Counted from the stretch's first letter, positions 10,007 to 28,381 are shown. The stretch is DNA of 64,000 nucleotides from an uncultured Actinomycetota bacterium (GCA_963805675.1 CAWDVY010000035.1:78332-142331), one strand, 5' to 3'. A program made the numbers and translations. The notes: a model not told the origin generated them from the letters alone.

Positions 10007-12976
10007 TCATTGTGCGCCAGACAACTCTGCCCGCGCAGGACCCGTCAACCGACGGAACTGATTCGCTTCGGCGTCGAAACACCACGCATGCCGTCCCGCC
10101 TTGGGAATCCCGGATGCCCGCAACGCGCTGACCGTCGGACGATAGGTCGCGCTCAACGCCAGCTCCGGTACGACGTGCACGATGTCGGGTCCCAGCCCAA
10201 ACGGCATAGCGGCAACTGCTTCGGTCAGATCCGCTGCCGTGATCGTCGCGCCCGGCCGCGTCGTCACCGCAGTCACCGCGACCTGGTGACCGTCCATCGG
10301 CACCCCGTAGGTCACCGCCAGGTCGACCGCGGGAATCAGCCCGAGCGCGTCCGTGATCGGTTCGCAAAACACAACGCCGCGCTCCGTGCGCACGGTCGAG
10401 CCGCGCCTGCCCACCAACCAGAAGTCGCCGTCGGTGTCGCGACGGAACAGGTACTCGGTGGAGATCCAGGTATCGGCGGGACCGAACACACCGCGTTTGA
10501 CCGACGCGCTCGGATCGATCGGTCCGCGCGGCTCGGCGAGCAGCACACCGACTTCATTCGCTTCCGGGACGCGGACCAGTCCGCTTTCGTCCTCCAGAAT
10601 CAGATCATGCTCGGCGTCATAGGCGCCCAGTTCGACGCGCCCGGCTCCGGGCAACGGCCGGCCCTTGCTGCCGATCTTGACGCCGGACACGTTGGCCAGC
10701 ACCGCATGCCCGTCGGTGGTCGCGAAGAACTCGACGACATGTGCGGGCGCGAACACATCGACGACCCGCTGCCACAGACCGGTCGGCAAACCCGAGCCGA
10801 TGAACAACCGCACCGGGTGATTGCCGTGCAACGCAAATCCCTGGTCGTCGATGACATCGCGGAGCATGGCCCATGTATAGGAGACGACGGTGACGCCGTA
10901 CTGGTGTAGCTCGGCGGCGAATCGGTCGGGTCGCAACCCGCGGGATAACGCGATACGCGTCCCGCCGACCACCGCCCCGCCGAGGCTGACCAGCAGCCCG
11001 GACTCGTGGTGCAGCGGCGTGAGGCAGTACACGGTGTCGGTGCGACCAAGCGCAGCCGCCGAGGCGGTTCCAAAGGCCGACAACGCCCAGCGATAGTTGG
11101 TGATCTGCTTGGCGACGAGCTGCCCGCTGGCGGTGCTGAACCCGATGAACGCGAGATCCCGCGCGTACCCCGGGTTGGGTCGGTACCAGGCCGGGAACTC
11201 GACGGCGTCGGGGTCGATCTGTTCCATGTCGATCACACCGGCGTCATCGGCCAGATGCAGATCGCGGGACTCACCGCCACCGAGGACCAGGATCTGTGCA
11301 GGTAGTTGGCGCGCGGTCTCGAGATTGGTGGGGTCGGTGATGATCTCGGTCACTCCCCCGAGCCGCACCTCTGCAACCAGGTCGGCGTCGGGTTGCAAGA
11401 GGACCGCGACGGCGCCCAACCGCGACAGCGCGGCGATGGCGACAAGTGCGCTCGGCCGGGTTTCCATCAGCACGCCGACGTGTTCGCCCTGGCGCACCCC
11501 GACCGCGATCAGGCCGCGCACCACGTTGTCGATACGCCGGTTCACCGCCTCGTAGGTGTGAACGCGGCCATCGAAGAGCAGGAATTCGCCGTTGGGAGCA
11601 TCGTGCGCCTGTTCGCCGATGATCCGGCCGAGCGAGATCCGGGTGTGGTCGTTGATCTGGCCCAGCCGGGCCAGTCGAGGCAGTGTTCGGACGGTTTCGA
11701 CGGCCAACGTGCGCATGGACCTGTTCGCTGCGACGACGGCGTCGGCCGCGCCGCGGGCGAGGGTCAGCGCCACCTCGGATGCCTCGCCCAGGCCGTGCAT
11801 CAGCCGCGAGCTGAGCGCGACACCGCGGTCGGTGCTCTCCGCCGCCTGATCCGCCATCGGGAAGATGTCCGTGGGCTTATCGCCGTTCCCGGAAATCCAC
11901 AGCACCCAATCGGCGACAGTTGGCCAAGTCTCCTGTGCCGCTCTGGATCCGACGACCAGACCGAAATGACCCGTGCGCAGCGTGTATTCGTAGACCTCGG
12001 CATTGGGCGCTGCGCGCCGGATACCGCGCACCGCGGGCGGCTGACCGATGTCGTCAACCTCGCCGACGAAAGCCAGTACCGGGCAAATGATGTCGGTCAG
12101 CGTCACCAGTTGACCGTTGATGGCGAAACCGCCGGTCATCATCCGGTTGTGCGCGATGAACTGCTTGAGCAGCTCGGAGACTGCCGGGCCGGACCACGCG
12201 ATCCAGCCTTCCGACTGCAGGAATCTGCGTTGGGCTTCTCGTGGCAGCAGCGCCTCGCGGTCGTGCAGTTGGCGCACGAAATCGATCCGCGCTTTCGCGG
12301 TCTTGAGCGGATCAAGCATCTGAAAACCGGTGCGCGCCAACCAACTTGGGATATCCAACCGGTTGAAGACGTGGTCGGCCATGAAATTAGCAGCACCGGC
12401 GGCGAGGTTGGGCGGAATACCCATCGGCAGCGCAGCCAGGGTGTCTACCGGCGCGCCGAAGGTAACAATACTGGCGATGCTCTTCGAGCGTCGGTAGGCC
12501 GCCGCCTGGTAGCAGAACATCCCGCCCTGTGAATAGCCGGCCAGGTGCACATCCTGACCGGTGATTTCTGCGATCAGGTCAAGCGCCTCGCTCAGCGCAA
12601 CGATGTGGTCGGCCAGATTCCGGCGCATACCACCCTCGACCTGATCGGGTGAGCCGAAGTCGATGACCCAGGGATCCAGCCCGGCGGCGTGCAGGATGCC
12701 GACCGCCCCCTCCTCCCGGGTTACATCCCACATGGTCGCCGACATCATCATCGGGTGCACCAGCAGCGTCGGCGGACCGGCCTGCGGCTGAGCCGGGCGG
12801 CTATCGGGTGGGAAGTATCGCCGAAGCTTGTACATCGGCACGCTCTCCACGACCTGGGACGGCGACGGAGAGTTACCGGTTTCCAGGCCGCCGAGTCGCA
12901 AAACTTCCAGGCCGTTCTGTGCTGTCGCCATCAGCCGCTCGACCGGTCGCGTAATCGCTGAAAGATGCAGATCCAC
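10007..12976 (-). CDS. Alpha/beta-hydrolase fused to acyl-CoA synthetase (Rv1683-like)
   Basis: N-terminal PhaC-like hydrolase (GYSQGG, GH) and C-terminal AMP-binding domain; 989 aa. Confidence 0.9.
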   Translation of the reverse strand: MDLHLSAITRPVERLMATAQNGLEVLRLGGLETGNSPSPSQVVESVPMYKLRRYFPPDSRPAQPQAGPPTLLVHPMMMSATMWDVTREEGAVGILHAAGLDPWVIDFGSPDQVEGGMRRNLADHIVALSEALDLIAEITGQDVHLAGYSQGGMFCYQAAAYRRSKSIASIVTFGAPVDTLAALPMGIPPNLAAGAANFMADHVFNRLDIPSWLARTGFQMLDPLKTAKARIDFVRQLHDREALLPREAQRRFLQSEGWIAWSGPAVSELLKQFIAHNRMMTGGFAINGQLVTLTDIICPVLAFVGEVDDIGQPPAVRGIRRAAPNAEVYEYTLRTGHFGLVVGSRAAQETWPTVADWVLWISGNGDKPTDIFPMADQAAESTDRGVALSSRLMHGLGEASEVALTLARGAADAVVAANRSMRTLAVETVRTLPRLARLGQINDHTRISLGRIIGEQAHDAPNGEFLLFDGRVHTYEAVNRRIDNVVRGLIAVGVRQGEHVGVLMETRPSALVAIAALSRLGAVAVLLQPDADLVAEVRLGGVTEIITDPTNLETARQLPAQILVLGGGESRDLHLADDAGVIDMEQIDPDAVEFPAWYRPNPGYARDLAFIGFSTASGQLVAKQITNYRWALSAFGTASAAALGRTDTVYCLTPLHHESGLLVSLGGAVVGGTRIALSRGLRPDRFAAELHQYGVTVVSYTWAMLRDVIDDQGFALHGNHPVRLFIGSGLPTGLWQRVVDVFAPAHVVEFFATTDGHAVLANVSGVKIGSKGRPLPGAGRVELGAYDAEHDLILEDESGLVRVPEANEVGVLLAEPRGPIDPSASVKRGVFGPADTWISTEYLFRRDTDGDFWLVGRRGSTVRTERGVVFCEPITDALGLIPAVDLAVTYGVPMDGHQVAVTAVTTRPGATITAADLTEAVAAMPFGLGPDIVHVVPELALSATYRPTVSALRASGIPKAGRHAWCFDAEANQFRRLTGPARAELSGAQ

Positions 12977-13076
12977 TTACTGCCTTCCCTGACTGCCTGC
13001 ACATCATGGCACATCGCTGCGGTTGGGCCCGCCGCTTTGGTCACCGCGTGGACCCATCGTTAGGCTGGGCCCGCCG

Positions 13077-13507
13077 GCGCACCTGCTCGGCGCCGAGGCC
13101 TGTGCACCTGGAATACCCGAATCAGGTCGTCTTCGAATTGCTGACCGTGGAGTGAACGACGGCGACCGCATCGGCATTGTAGGACGAAACGGGGACGGCA
13201 AATCCATGCCTGCTGGGTTTGCTCACCGGTGCGGTGTGCCCGGATTTCGGCCGCGCGTCACCCGCTGGAGCGGGTTGTGGGTAGGCGCGCTGAGCCGGAC
13301 CAATACTCTCGACTCGCGCCATACCGTCGGCTGGACGCTGGTCGGCGATCAATCCGAACGCCAGTGGGCGTCCAACCCGCACATCCGCGGCCTGGTTGAT
13401 GGGCTAGTATCCGACATCGGTTGCGATACAACGGTTGCCACGTTATTCGGCCGCCAACGACGAAGGGTCCAGCTGGTCGGCGACCGGGATTATGATCGCG
13501 CTGGACG
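13077..13507 (+). pseudogene. Decayed 5' fragment of an ABC-F gene (paralog of 18078-19856)
   Basis: Aligns by eye with ~18081-18520 (gcgcacctgctcggcgccgagg..., gacggcgaccgcatcggc..., atcgcgctggacg); start codon lost, several indels. Confidence 0.85.
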
Positions 13508-13726
13508 CCATCGATCACCGGCAGCCCCGGCGTCGGTGGACCCGAACGCTCCTGCCCGGCGGAACCGGATCCCACAGCAAACACGGGCGTGGACTCCGGC
13601 CCGGTCACCGTATGCCCATCACCAACCGCCCGGCTCGCGAGCCTCCGCCTCCGTGGCCCGACAAGCGGGCATCACTTCCGTAGGGGCCCTGCGGGAGGGG
13701 CGCCCGAAGCTGCTGCGACTCGCGAT

Positions 13727-14917
13727 TCAGAACGCGCTTGAGAAGTCTCCGACGAGGTTGGGTAGGAGGTCGATAGGCAGCAGTGAGGTGATGTTGGCCG
13801 GGTCCAGGAATGTGCTGAGGCTGCCGCCATCGAAAATTGAGCTGAGGTCCGACAACACCGTGCTGGGGTTCAGCACTGAGGTGATGTCCGTCAGCATTGT
13901 GCCGGGGTCCACAGCAGCCGCGCTGCTCGCGGCCGGCGTGATCGCTTGCGCGATGTCTTCAGCCAAACCCAGCAGCGCCCCAATTGGCCCGTCCTGCGCG
14001 GAAAGAAGGCCAAAGAGGCTATCTGAGGGCACCCCGTTGAGGAAGGCGTCCGCGAGTGTGGTCGGGGCAAGGGCAAAGTTTTGCAAGATCGCCGCGAAGT
14101 TCCCGGTGTCCACCGCGTTGACAAGGTTATTGCCGATACCCCCGATCGCCCATACGACGGAAGCTGCTGGCTCGATAAGACCGAGAATCGGAAGCAAGCT
14201 GTCTCCGAGCCCCGTGCTGACAGCAGCCGACAGATTCGCGAAGGGCGTCTCGACAGCGGTTTCGAGCGCGCTTATGAGAGGAAAAAGCTGGAGGAGCGGG
14301 TCAAGGAAGAGGTAGTCGATGACAAGGTTAAACAGCCCGTCTTGGATGTCGCCGGAACTGAAATCCATCCACACACTTTGGAGATTCCCTGGCAGTTCCG
14401 TGGTCACGTACGAAACCAGGTTCTGGACACTCTCTTGGGCCGCCGCGCCGATAGCGGTGAAGCTAGCCACCTGGTTGTCGAGGATCTGGGTGAGTATCGG
14501 GAACGGAGCCGCGAGGAACTATTGTGCGAGCCCCTGAAGGCTAGCCACGGTATCCGTGAAAAGCTGCACCGGCCCGACGAGGGTGTAAGGGGTGGGATCC
14601 GCGAGGTTGAACAGTCCGGCGAAGGGGTCGAACAGATCGCCGAGGTTCAGTGACCCGCCCGAGCCCGACAGCTCGGCGAGGGGATTCAGGAGGTCACCAA
14701 TGGGGCCCGACGCTCCTCCGGCTCCACTCACGGCATTTTCTAATCCACCAACAATGCCCGGTACATCGTCGAGGAGGCCTTCGGCGGCGGACAGCTGTAC
14801 TACGGGCACCCGGATGTCGGCTAGCGGTGGTGCCACCGGCGTGACGGCGATGAGGCTGGCGCCTGCAACAGCGACACCGACGGTGACGTAACGACGCGCG
14901 GCTAGCTCGATACCCAT
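13727..14917 (-). pseudogene. GjpA-like mycobacterial outer-envelope/porin-type protein with one in-frame TAG at 14519-14521
   Basis: N-terminus MGIELAARRYVTVGVAVAGASLIAVTPVAPP; ORFs 14519-15103 and 13727-14470 share a frame, separated by CAA-TAG-TTC (LAQ*FLAAPFPIL). Confidence 0.65.
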
Positions 14918-15112
14918 CTCTTGTCCGGTCTTGTCTGGCTGGACCACTTTGACGACCTTCACGACGGAATGCATCGGATCATGCCTGAGAGTAACGTGAG
15001 AAACAACACATACGCCCAATAAATATCCCGGTGCTGCCAACGAAACGGCCTGGCCCATGTTTACCGGTTCGTTTGCGCGCCATGGGTGAGGCAGCCGGCG
15101 CAATGTCCGCCG

Positions 15113-15432
<320 letters not shown>

Positions 15433-15610
15433 TCAAGGGTGCCTTTGGAATGGAAAATGCGCTGCTTACTGACCCATCAGCCAAGCTCAAAGCCATCGAT
15501 GCTGTAATCCCGAGGGATGGGACTCGTGCGTCACCATGGCGTTCGACGTAGTCCATAAGTCGGCGGAACCCTTCCTCCTACCGGTCGGCGCGCGGGGTCG
15601 CCGCCTGTAG

Positions 15611-16291
15611 TCAGCGACCGCCGCGTTGGCGACGATTGGGGGCGGGTTCCTGTTGCGGTGGATCCGAGACGAGTTCGCGGAACTTGGACATCATTTCGTC
15701 GAGTAGGGCCAGCGCCAGTGTGCGTGTGTGTGGTGGATCGTTGGACCCCGCGATCTCAAACGACAGCTCGGTGAGCGCTCCGTGCATTGTGGCGGTCAAC
15801 ATGACGGGTGAATGCTTGATCAGGCCCGCAGCGACGAAGCTGCCGATTACTTCGCGGATGACGTCTTCGAAGTTGTCCCGGTAACGTTCGCGCCATCGCT
15901 GCCATCCGACTGCCGCGGGGGCTTCCTTCAAGACCACCGCCTGGTATTCCACTTCGGTGTAGACGTCGAGGAGCACCACGATGGCCGCCCGCGCCTGCCC
16001 CCATGGATCACCGTGATCGGCGAGAGCATCTGCTACGCGGCTGACGCCATCGCTTTGCAGACTGTCGAATATCGCCATGAATAGCCCCAGTTTGCTGCCG
16101 AAGTGGTGTTGCAGCGCACCGCGGGTGACTCCGGCCCGTACACAGATCTGCAGACCGGTGATCTCAGGGTAGGGCTGGGTAGCGAACAGCTCCCGGCCCG
16201 CTTGCATGATCACCTGCCGGGTCGCTTCTGCGTTCCTGTCGCGTCGCGTACTGGCCGGTGTCAAGGTGCGCCTCACACATCTATCGTTCAC
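15611..16291 (-). CDS. TetR family regulator (accessory)
   Basis: HTH ITGLQICVRAGVTRGALQHHFGSKLGLF; likely leaderless GTG at 16291 (alternative ATG 16294). Confidence 0.88.
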   Translation of the reverse strand: MNDRCVRRTLTPASTRRDRNAEATRQVIMQAGRELFATQPYPEITGLQICVRAGVTRGALQHHFGSKLGLFMAIFDSLQSDGVSRVADALADHGDPWGQARAAIVVLLDVYTEVEYQAVVLKEAPAAVGWQRWRERYRDNFEDVIREVIGSFVAAGLIKHSPVMLTATMHGALTELSFEIAGSNDPPHTRTLALALLDEMMSKFRELVSDPPQQEPAPNRRQRGGR

Positions 16292-16550
16292 CATGAACGA
16301 TAGATTCGCAGTGAATATCGGTTGTGAATGGTCCTGAGTAAATTCTGGCATCCAGCGTGGCGATCGAGCGCTAAGCGCCGGCCGCGCTGAGGTGATGCCA
16401 GTGTCAAGGCGCGCCTCACATATGCTAACGTTCACTGTGAATGCTAGATTCGTAGTGAACGTTGATTGTGGATGGTCTTTGGCCTTTGAGGAATTCCGGC
16501 ATCCAGTGTGGCGGTCGAGCGCTAAGCGCCGGCCGCGCTGAGGTGATGCC
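16254..16550. repeat. Imperfect tandem duplication (~143-151 bp, two copies plus the start of a third)
   Basis: Copies start at 16254 (gccggtgtcaagg) and 16397 (gccagtgtcaagg). A 36-bp stretch is identical at 16364-16399 and 16515-16550. Confidence 0.9.
16279..16305. promoter_or_regulatory. Perfect 12-bp inverted repeat (candidate TetR operator containing TATCGT -10 boxes on both strands)
   Basis: ATCTATCGTTCA-CCA-TGAACGATAGAT, overlapping the TetR start. Confidence 0.7.
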
Positions 16551-16596
16551 GGCGTGAATCTATTGGTCTGCCCGCTTGCGTGTCGGTGGAGGTGGC

Positions 16597-17013
16597 GTGC
16601 TCGGCCCCGGAGAGCTTGAGCTTAAGCAAAAGCTGCAGATAAAGCCCGGCCGAAGCGTGGCCGTGGTCAATGCGCCACCCGAATCGGGGTTGAGGCTGCG
16701 AACGGCTGGTGGCCCGAACCCGGATCGGGCTGATGTGGTCATTGGCTTTGCAGTCCGGCCCGCGGACCTGGCATGGCTCAGGTCCGTATATGCGGCCGCC
16801 CGCGCTGGCCGCCTGGCCTGGGTCAGCTACCCCAAACGCGGACAGCCGGGCACCGATCTTCGCCGGGACTGGCTAGTCCGAGCCCTTCGCCAATACGACG
16901 TTGAGGCGGTCCAGGACGTGTCGATCAACGGCACCTGGTCAGCACTGCGGCTGCGCCCGGCCAAGGCTGACCACCAACCCGACACTTCCAGGGCTAACAA
17001 GGACAGCAAGTGA
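16597..17013 (+). CDS. DUF3052-like protein
   Basis: GGAGG RBS; LKQKLQIKPG...WVSYPK...DLRRD...VSINGTWSALRLRP. Confidence 0.65.
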   Translation: MLGPGELELKQKLQIKPGRSVAVVNAPPESGLRLRTAGGPNPDRADVVIGFAVRPADLAWLRSVYAAARAGRLAWVSYPKRGQPGTDLRRDWLVRALRQYDVEAVQDVSINGTWSALRLRPAKADHQPDTSRANKDSK

Positions 17014-17459
17014 GCGACAAGAACAACGACCAGACGTCCGACGAAGGCACCGGGGACACCACCTTCCTTTCCTACGCCGACTTGCTCGGCGAGCTCGACG
17101 CTTCGGCCGCTGGCGCCGCCGAGGCGGGGGTGGGGGAAGTCGAAGGGTTGCCGAGCGGCTCGGCCCTGCTTGTCGTCAAGCGCGGCCCCAACGCCGGATC
17201 GCGGTTCCTGCTGGACCAGCCCGTCACATCCGCTGGCCGCGGCCCCGGTTGCGACATCTTCCTCGACGACCTCACCGTCAGCCGTCGGCACGCCGAGTTC
17301 CGAAGGGACAACGGCGAATTCCAGATCGTTGACATCAGCAGCCTCAACGGCACCTATGTCAACGGTAAACCGGTGGCCTCGGCGATGCTGGCCAACGGCG
17401 ACGAGATCCAGATCGGCAAGTTCCGTCTGGTGGTCCTCATCAGGCCCACGACGGGTTGA
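17010..17459 (+). CDS. FHA-domain protein, GarA/OdhI paralog
   Basis: EGLPSGSALLVVKRGPNAGSRFLLDQ, DIFLDDLTVSRRHAEF, SLNGTYVN, NGDEIQIGKFRLV closely follow recalled GarA; GTGA overlap with the upstream gene. Confidence 0.88.
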   Translation: MSDKNNDQTSDEGTGDTTFLSYADLLGELDASAAGAAEAGVGEVEGLPSGSALLVVKRGPNAGSRFLLDQPVTSAGRGPGCDIFLDDLTVSRRHAEFRRDNGEFQIVDISSLNGTYVNGKPVASAMLANGDEIQIGKFRLVVLIRPTTG

Positions 17460-17652
17460 CGCTGTGGCGGCCATGGAGGGCGCGGATGTCGGCGCGCAAC
17501 AGCGTGTGGTGGCAGTCGGCGCCTCGGCAGGAGGGGTCGTTCCGGACGGAGCGTGCGGATTGGCCGGTCGGGGTGGTGGTGGTCTGGCCGTATTTTGGCT
17601 GGCCGCATGTGTCGCATAGCTCGTCGGTGATCTGCCAGTCCGTTTGACTCAT
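17440..17652 (-). CDS. Possible small Cys-containing protein (70 aa)
   Basis: GAGG-like RBS before ATG; CDTC and CRGADC motifs; no recognised family. Confidence 0.3.
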   Translation of the reverse strand: MSQTDWQITDELCDTCGQPKYGQTTTTPTGQSARSVRNDPSCRGADCHHTLLRADIRALHGRHSVNPSWA

Positions 17653-17818
17653 CGGCCCTACCTCGCCTCGTCGTGGGTGACGCTGCGAAAAATGCTAACG
17701 AGTCCCGCCGACAGGGCCCGGTTACCGACTGGTCGTTGCGCTCCGGACGCAATGGCCGCTCAAACATATTTTGTGCCTACATCGGCACCCGATCAGCAGT
17801 GTTTTCCCAGCAACCCTA

Positions 17819-18040
<222 letters not shown>

Positions 18041-18077
18041 TCACGGCCCGCACCGTCGCCGCGCTAGGGTCGGGGCG

Positions 18078-19856
18078 GTGGCACACCTGCTGGGGGCCGA
18101 GGCAGTGCACCTGGAGTACCCGACTCAGGTCGTCTTCGAGTCGATGACCGTCGGAGTGAGCGACGGCGACCGCATCGGCATCGTGGGACGAAACGGGGAC
18201 GGCAAGTCCAGTTTGCTGGATTTGCTCACCGGTCGGGTGCGCCCCGATGCCGGACGGGTCACGCGGCGCAGCGGCCTACAGGTCGGCGCGCTGAGCCAGG
18301 CAGACACCCTGGATTCGCGCAGCACGGTGGGATGGACACTGGTCGGCGACCGGCCTGAGCACGAGTGGGCCGGTAACCCGCGCATCCGCGACGTGGTCGG
18401 CGGACTGGTCGCCGACATCACCTGGGATGCGACGATCGGAACATTCAGCGGTGGCCAGCGGCGACGGGTCCAGCTGGCCGCGCTGCTGGTCGGCGACTGG
18501 GATGTCATCGCGCTGGACGAGCCGACCAACCACCTCGACATCGAAGGCATCACCTGGCTCGCCACTCACTTGCGTGAGCGCTGGGCCCGCAACACCGGCG
18601 GACTGCTGCTGGTGACCCACGACCGCTGGTTCCTCGATGAGGTGGCGACCACGACCTGGGAGGTGCACGACGGGATCGTCGAGCCGTTCGAGGGCGGCTA
18701 TGCCGCCTATGTGTTGCAGCGAGTCGAGCGGGACCGCCTGGCCGCCGTCGCCGAGGCCAAGCGGCAGAACCTCATGCGCAAGGAGCTGGCTTGGCTGCGA
18801 CGCGGCCCACCGGCACGCACATCGAAACCGAAGTTCCGTATCGATGCGGCCAACCAACTGATCGCCGACGTGCCACCGCTGCGCAACACCGTCGAGTTGG
18901 CCAAACTTGCCACCGCCCGGCTCGGCAAAGATGTCATCGATTTGCTTGACGTGTCGGTCTCGTTCGACGGCCAACCCGTGCTGCGCGATGTCGAATGGCG
19001 AATAGGCCCCGGTGAACGCAGCGGCATCGTCGGGGCCAACGGAGCCGGCAAGTCCACCCTGCTCGGGCTGATCACCGGAGTGGTCCAGCCCGATAGTGGA
19101 AAAGTTAAGCGCGGCAAAACGGTTCGGTTGGGAATGCTCGACCAACGAGGTGATGAGCTGACGCCGTTGGCGAGCGAGCGAGTCGCCGACGTGGTTGGCC
19201 GGCTGCGCACCGACTATCAGGTCGACGGACGTGACGTCACGCCGGCCCAGCTGTTGGAACGGCTCGGGTTCGCCGGCGGCCAGCTATCGGCGCGCGTCGG
19301 TGAGCTTTCCGGCGGGCAACGCCGCCGTCTGCAACTCATGCTCACGCTGCTGGCTGAGCCCAACGTGCTGCTGCTCGATGAACCCACCAACGACGTGGAC
19401 ACCGAGATGCTGGCCGCCACCGAAGACCTGCTCGACTCCTGGCCGGGCACATTGATCGTGGTCTCCCACGACCGCTACCTGCTGGAACGCGTCACCGACC
19501 AGCAGTACGCGATCCTGGATGGCCGGCTTCGACACTTGCCCGGCGGCGTCGACGAGTACCTGCGGCTGGCCGCGCAAGCCACCACCGAGCGCGCTACGCC
19601 GTCAGCCGTCAGACCATCTGAGTCGCAGGAGATTTCAGGGGCCAAATTGCGGACCGCCCAGAAGGAGATCGCTGCAATCGACCGCAGGCTGGCGCGGCTG
19701 GCCGACCAGATCGCGGCCAAGCATCGCGAACTTGCCGAGCATGACCAATCCGACCATATCGGCATTAGCCGGCTGACCCAGGAGTTGCGCGATCTTGAGG
19801 ACGACGTCGCCGAGCTGGAGAATCGCTGGCTGCAACTTTCTGAACTGCTGGAGTAA
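18078..19856 (+). CDS. ABC-F family ATP-binding protein (Uup-like; Rv1668c/1667c-like)
   Basis: Two NBDs (GRNGDGKS/FSGGQ/LDEPTN; GANGAGKS/LSGGQ/LDEPTN), C-terminal coiled coil, no TM segments. Confidence 0.92.
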   Translation: MAHLLGAEAVHLEYPTQVVFESMTVGVSDGDRIGIVGRNGDGKSSLLDLLTGRVRPDAGRVTRRSGLQVGALSQADTLDSRSTVGWTLVGDRPEHEWAGNPRIRDVVGGLVADITWDATIGTFSGGQRRRVQLAALLVGDWDVIALDEPTNHLDIEGITWLATHLRERWARNTGGLLLVTHDRWFLDEVATTTWEVHDGIVEPFEGGYAAYVLQRVERDRLAAVAEAKRQNLMRKELAWLRRGPPARTSKPKFRIDAANQLIADVPPLRNTVELAKLATARLGKDVIDLLDVSVSFDGQPVLRDVEWRIGPGERSGIVGANGAGKSTLLGLITGVVQPDSGKVKRGKTVRLGMLDQRGDELTPLASERVADVVGRLRTDYQVDGRDVTPAQLLERLGFAGGQLSARVGELSGGQRRRLQLMLTLLAEPNVLLLDEPTNDVDTEMLAATEDLLDSWPGTLIVVSHDRYLLERVTDQQYAILDGRLRHLPGGVDEYLRLAAQATTERATPSAVRPSESQEISGAKLRTAQKEIAAIDRRLARLADQIAAKHRELAEHDQSDHIGISRLTQELRDLEDDVAELENRWLQLSELLE

Positions 19857-19867
19857 CTCTCACTTCA

Positions 19868-22580
<2,713 letters not shown>

Positions 22581-22605
22581 GAACTGATCTCCTTAGGTTG
22601 TGGGG

Positions 22606-25212
<2,607 letters not shown>

Positions 25213-25216
<4 letters not shown>

Positions 25217-26090
25217 GCGCGTACCACCTTCGTGCCGCTCCCCTTGTCGGTGAACAGCTCGACCAGCACACAATGCTCGACGCGACCGTCGATGACGTGT
25301 GCGCTCGGCACGCCGGCGCTCACCGCCCGCAGGCAAGCCTCGACTTTCGGGATCATGCCGGTCTCCAGCGTCGGCAACAGTTGCGCCAAAGTGGCGGTGT
25401 CGATTTCGCTGGCCAATGAATCCCGGTCCGGCCAGCGAGTGTAGAGGCCTTCGACGTCGGTGAGCATCAACAGCTTCTCGGCTCTCAGCGCTTCGGCCAA
25501 CGCGCCCGCGGCGGTGTCGGCATTGATGTTGTGGACCACGCCGTCGATGTCGGGGGCCAGCGTCGACACAACCGGAATCCTGTTGGCGGCAATCAAATCC
25601 ACTACGACAGCGGGGTTCACCTGAGCAATGTTGCCCACCAGACCGATGTCGGTGTCGACGCCGTCGACGCTGACGCTGCGTCGCTCCGCGGTAAACAGCT
25701 TCGCGTCTTCGCCGGTGACACCGACCGCGTACGGACCGTGGGCGTTGATCAGGTTCACCAGCTCACGCCCGACCTGACCGAACAACACCATCCGTGCCAC
25801 GGCGAGCACTTCGGGCGTGGTGACTCGAAATCCGCCCTTGAAGTCGCCGGCGATGCCCAATCGCGTGAGCATGGCGCTGATCTGCGGGCCCCCGCCGTGC
25901 ACCACAACCGGGTGAATCCCGCAGTTGCGCAAAAACGCCATGTCGGCCGCGAACTCACGCCGCAACGTGTCGTTGGTCATGGCGTTGCCGCCGTATTTGA
26001 CGACCACGATCTTGCCGTGCAATTGGGTCAGCCATGGCAAGGCCTCAGCCAGGACTTGCGCCTTGACCTGAGTAGACAGAGCGGCGGCGG

Positions 26091-26094
<4 letters not shown>
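25213..26094 (-). CDS. argB: Acetylglutamate kinase
   Basis: [28 protein letters not shown]. Confidence 0.97.

Positions 26095-28381
<2,287 letters not shown>

Noticed and set aside
13023-14315. 430-aa plus-strand ORF
   Set aside because: A composite of the ABC-F remnant and the antisense of the GjpA-like gene.
14519-14521. Pyrrolysine or read-through decoding of the in-frame TAG
   Set aside because: No pyl machinery is expected in mycobacteria or seen here; a C>T nonsense change is simpler.
16364-16550. Two identical 36-bp repeats as a mini-CRISPR
   Set aside because: Only two copies, 115 bp apart; the intervening sequences are themselves homologous (tandem duplication); no cas genes.
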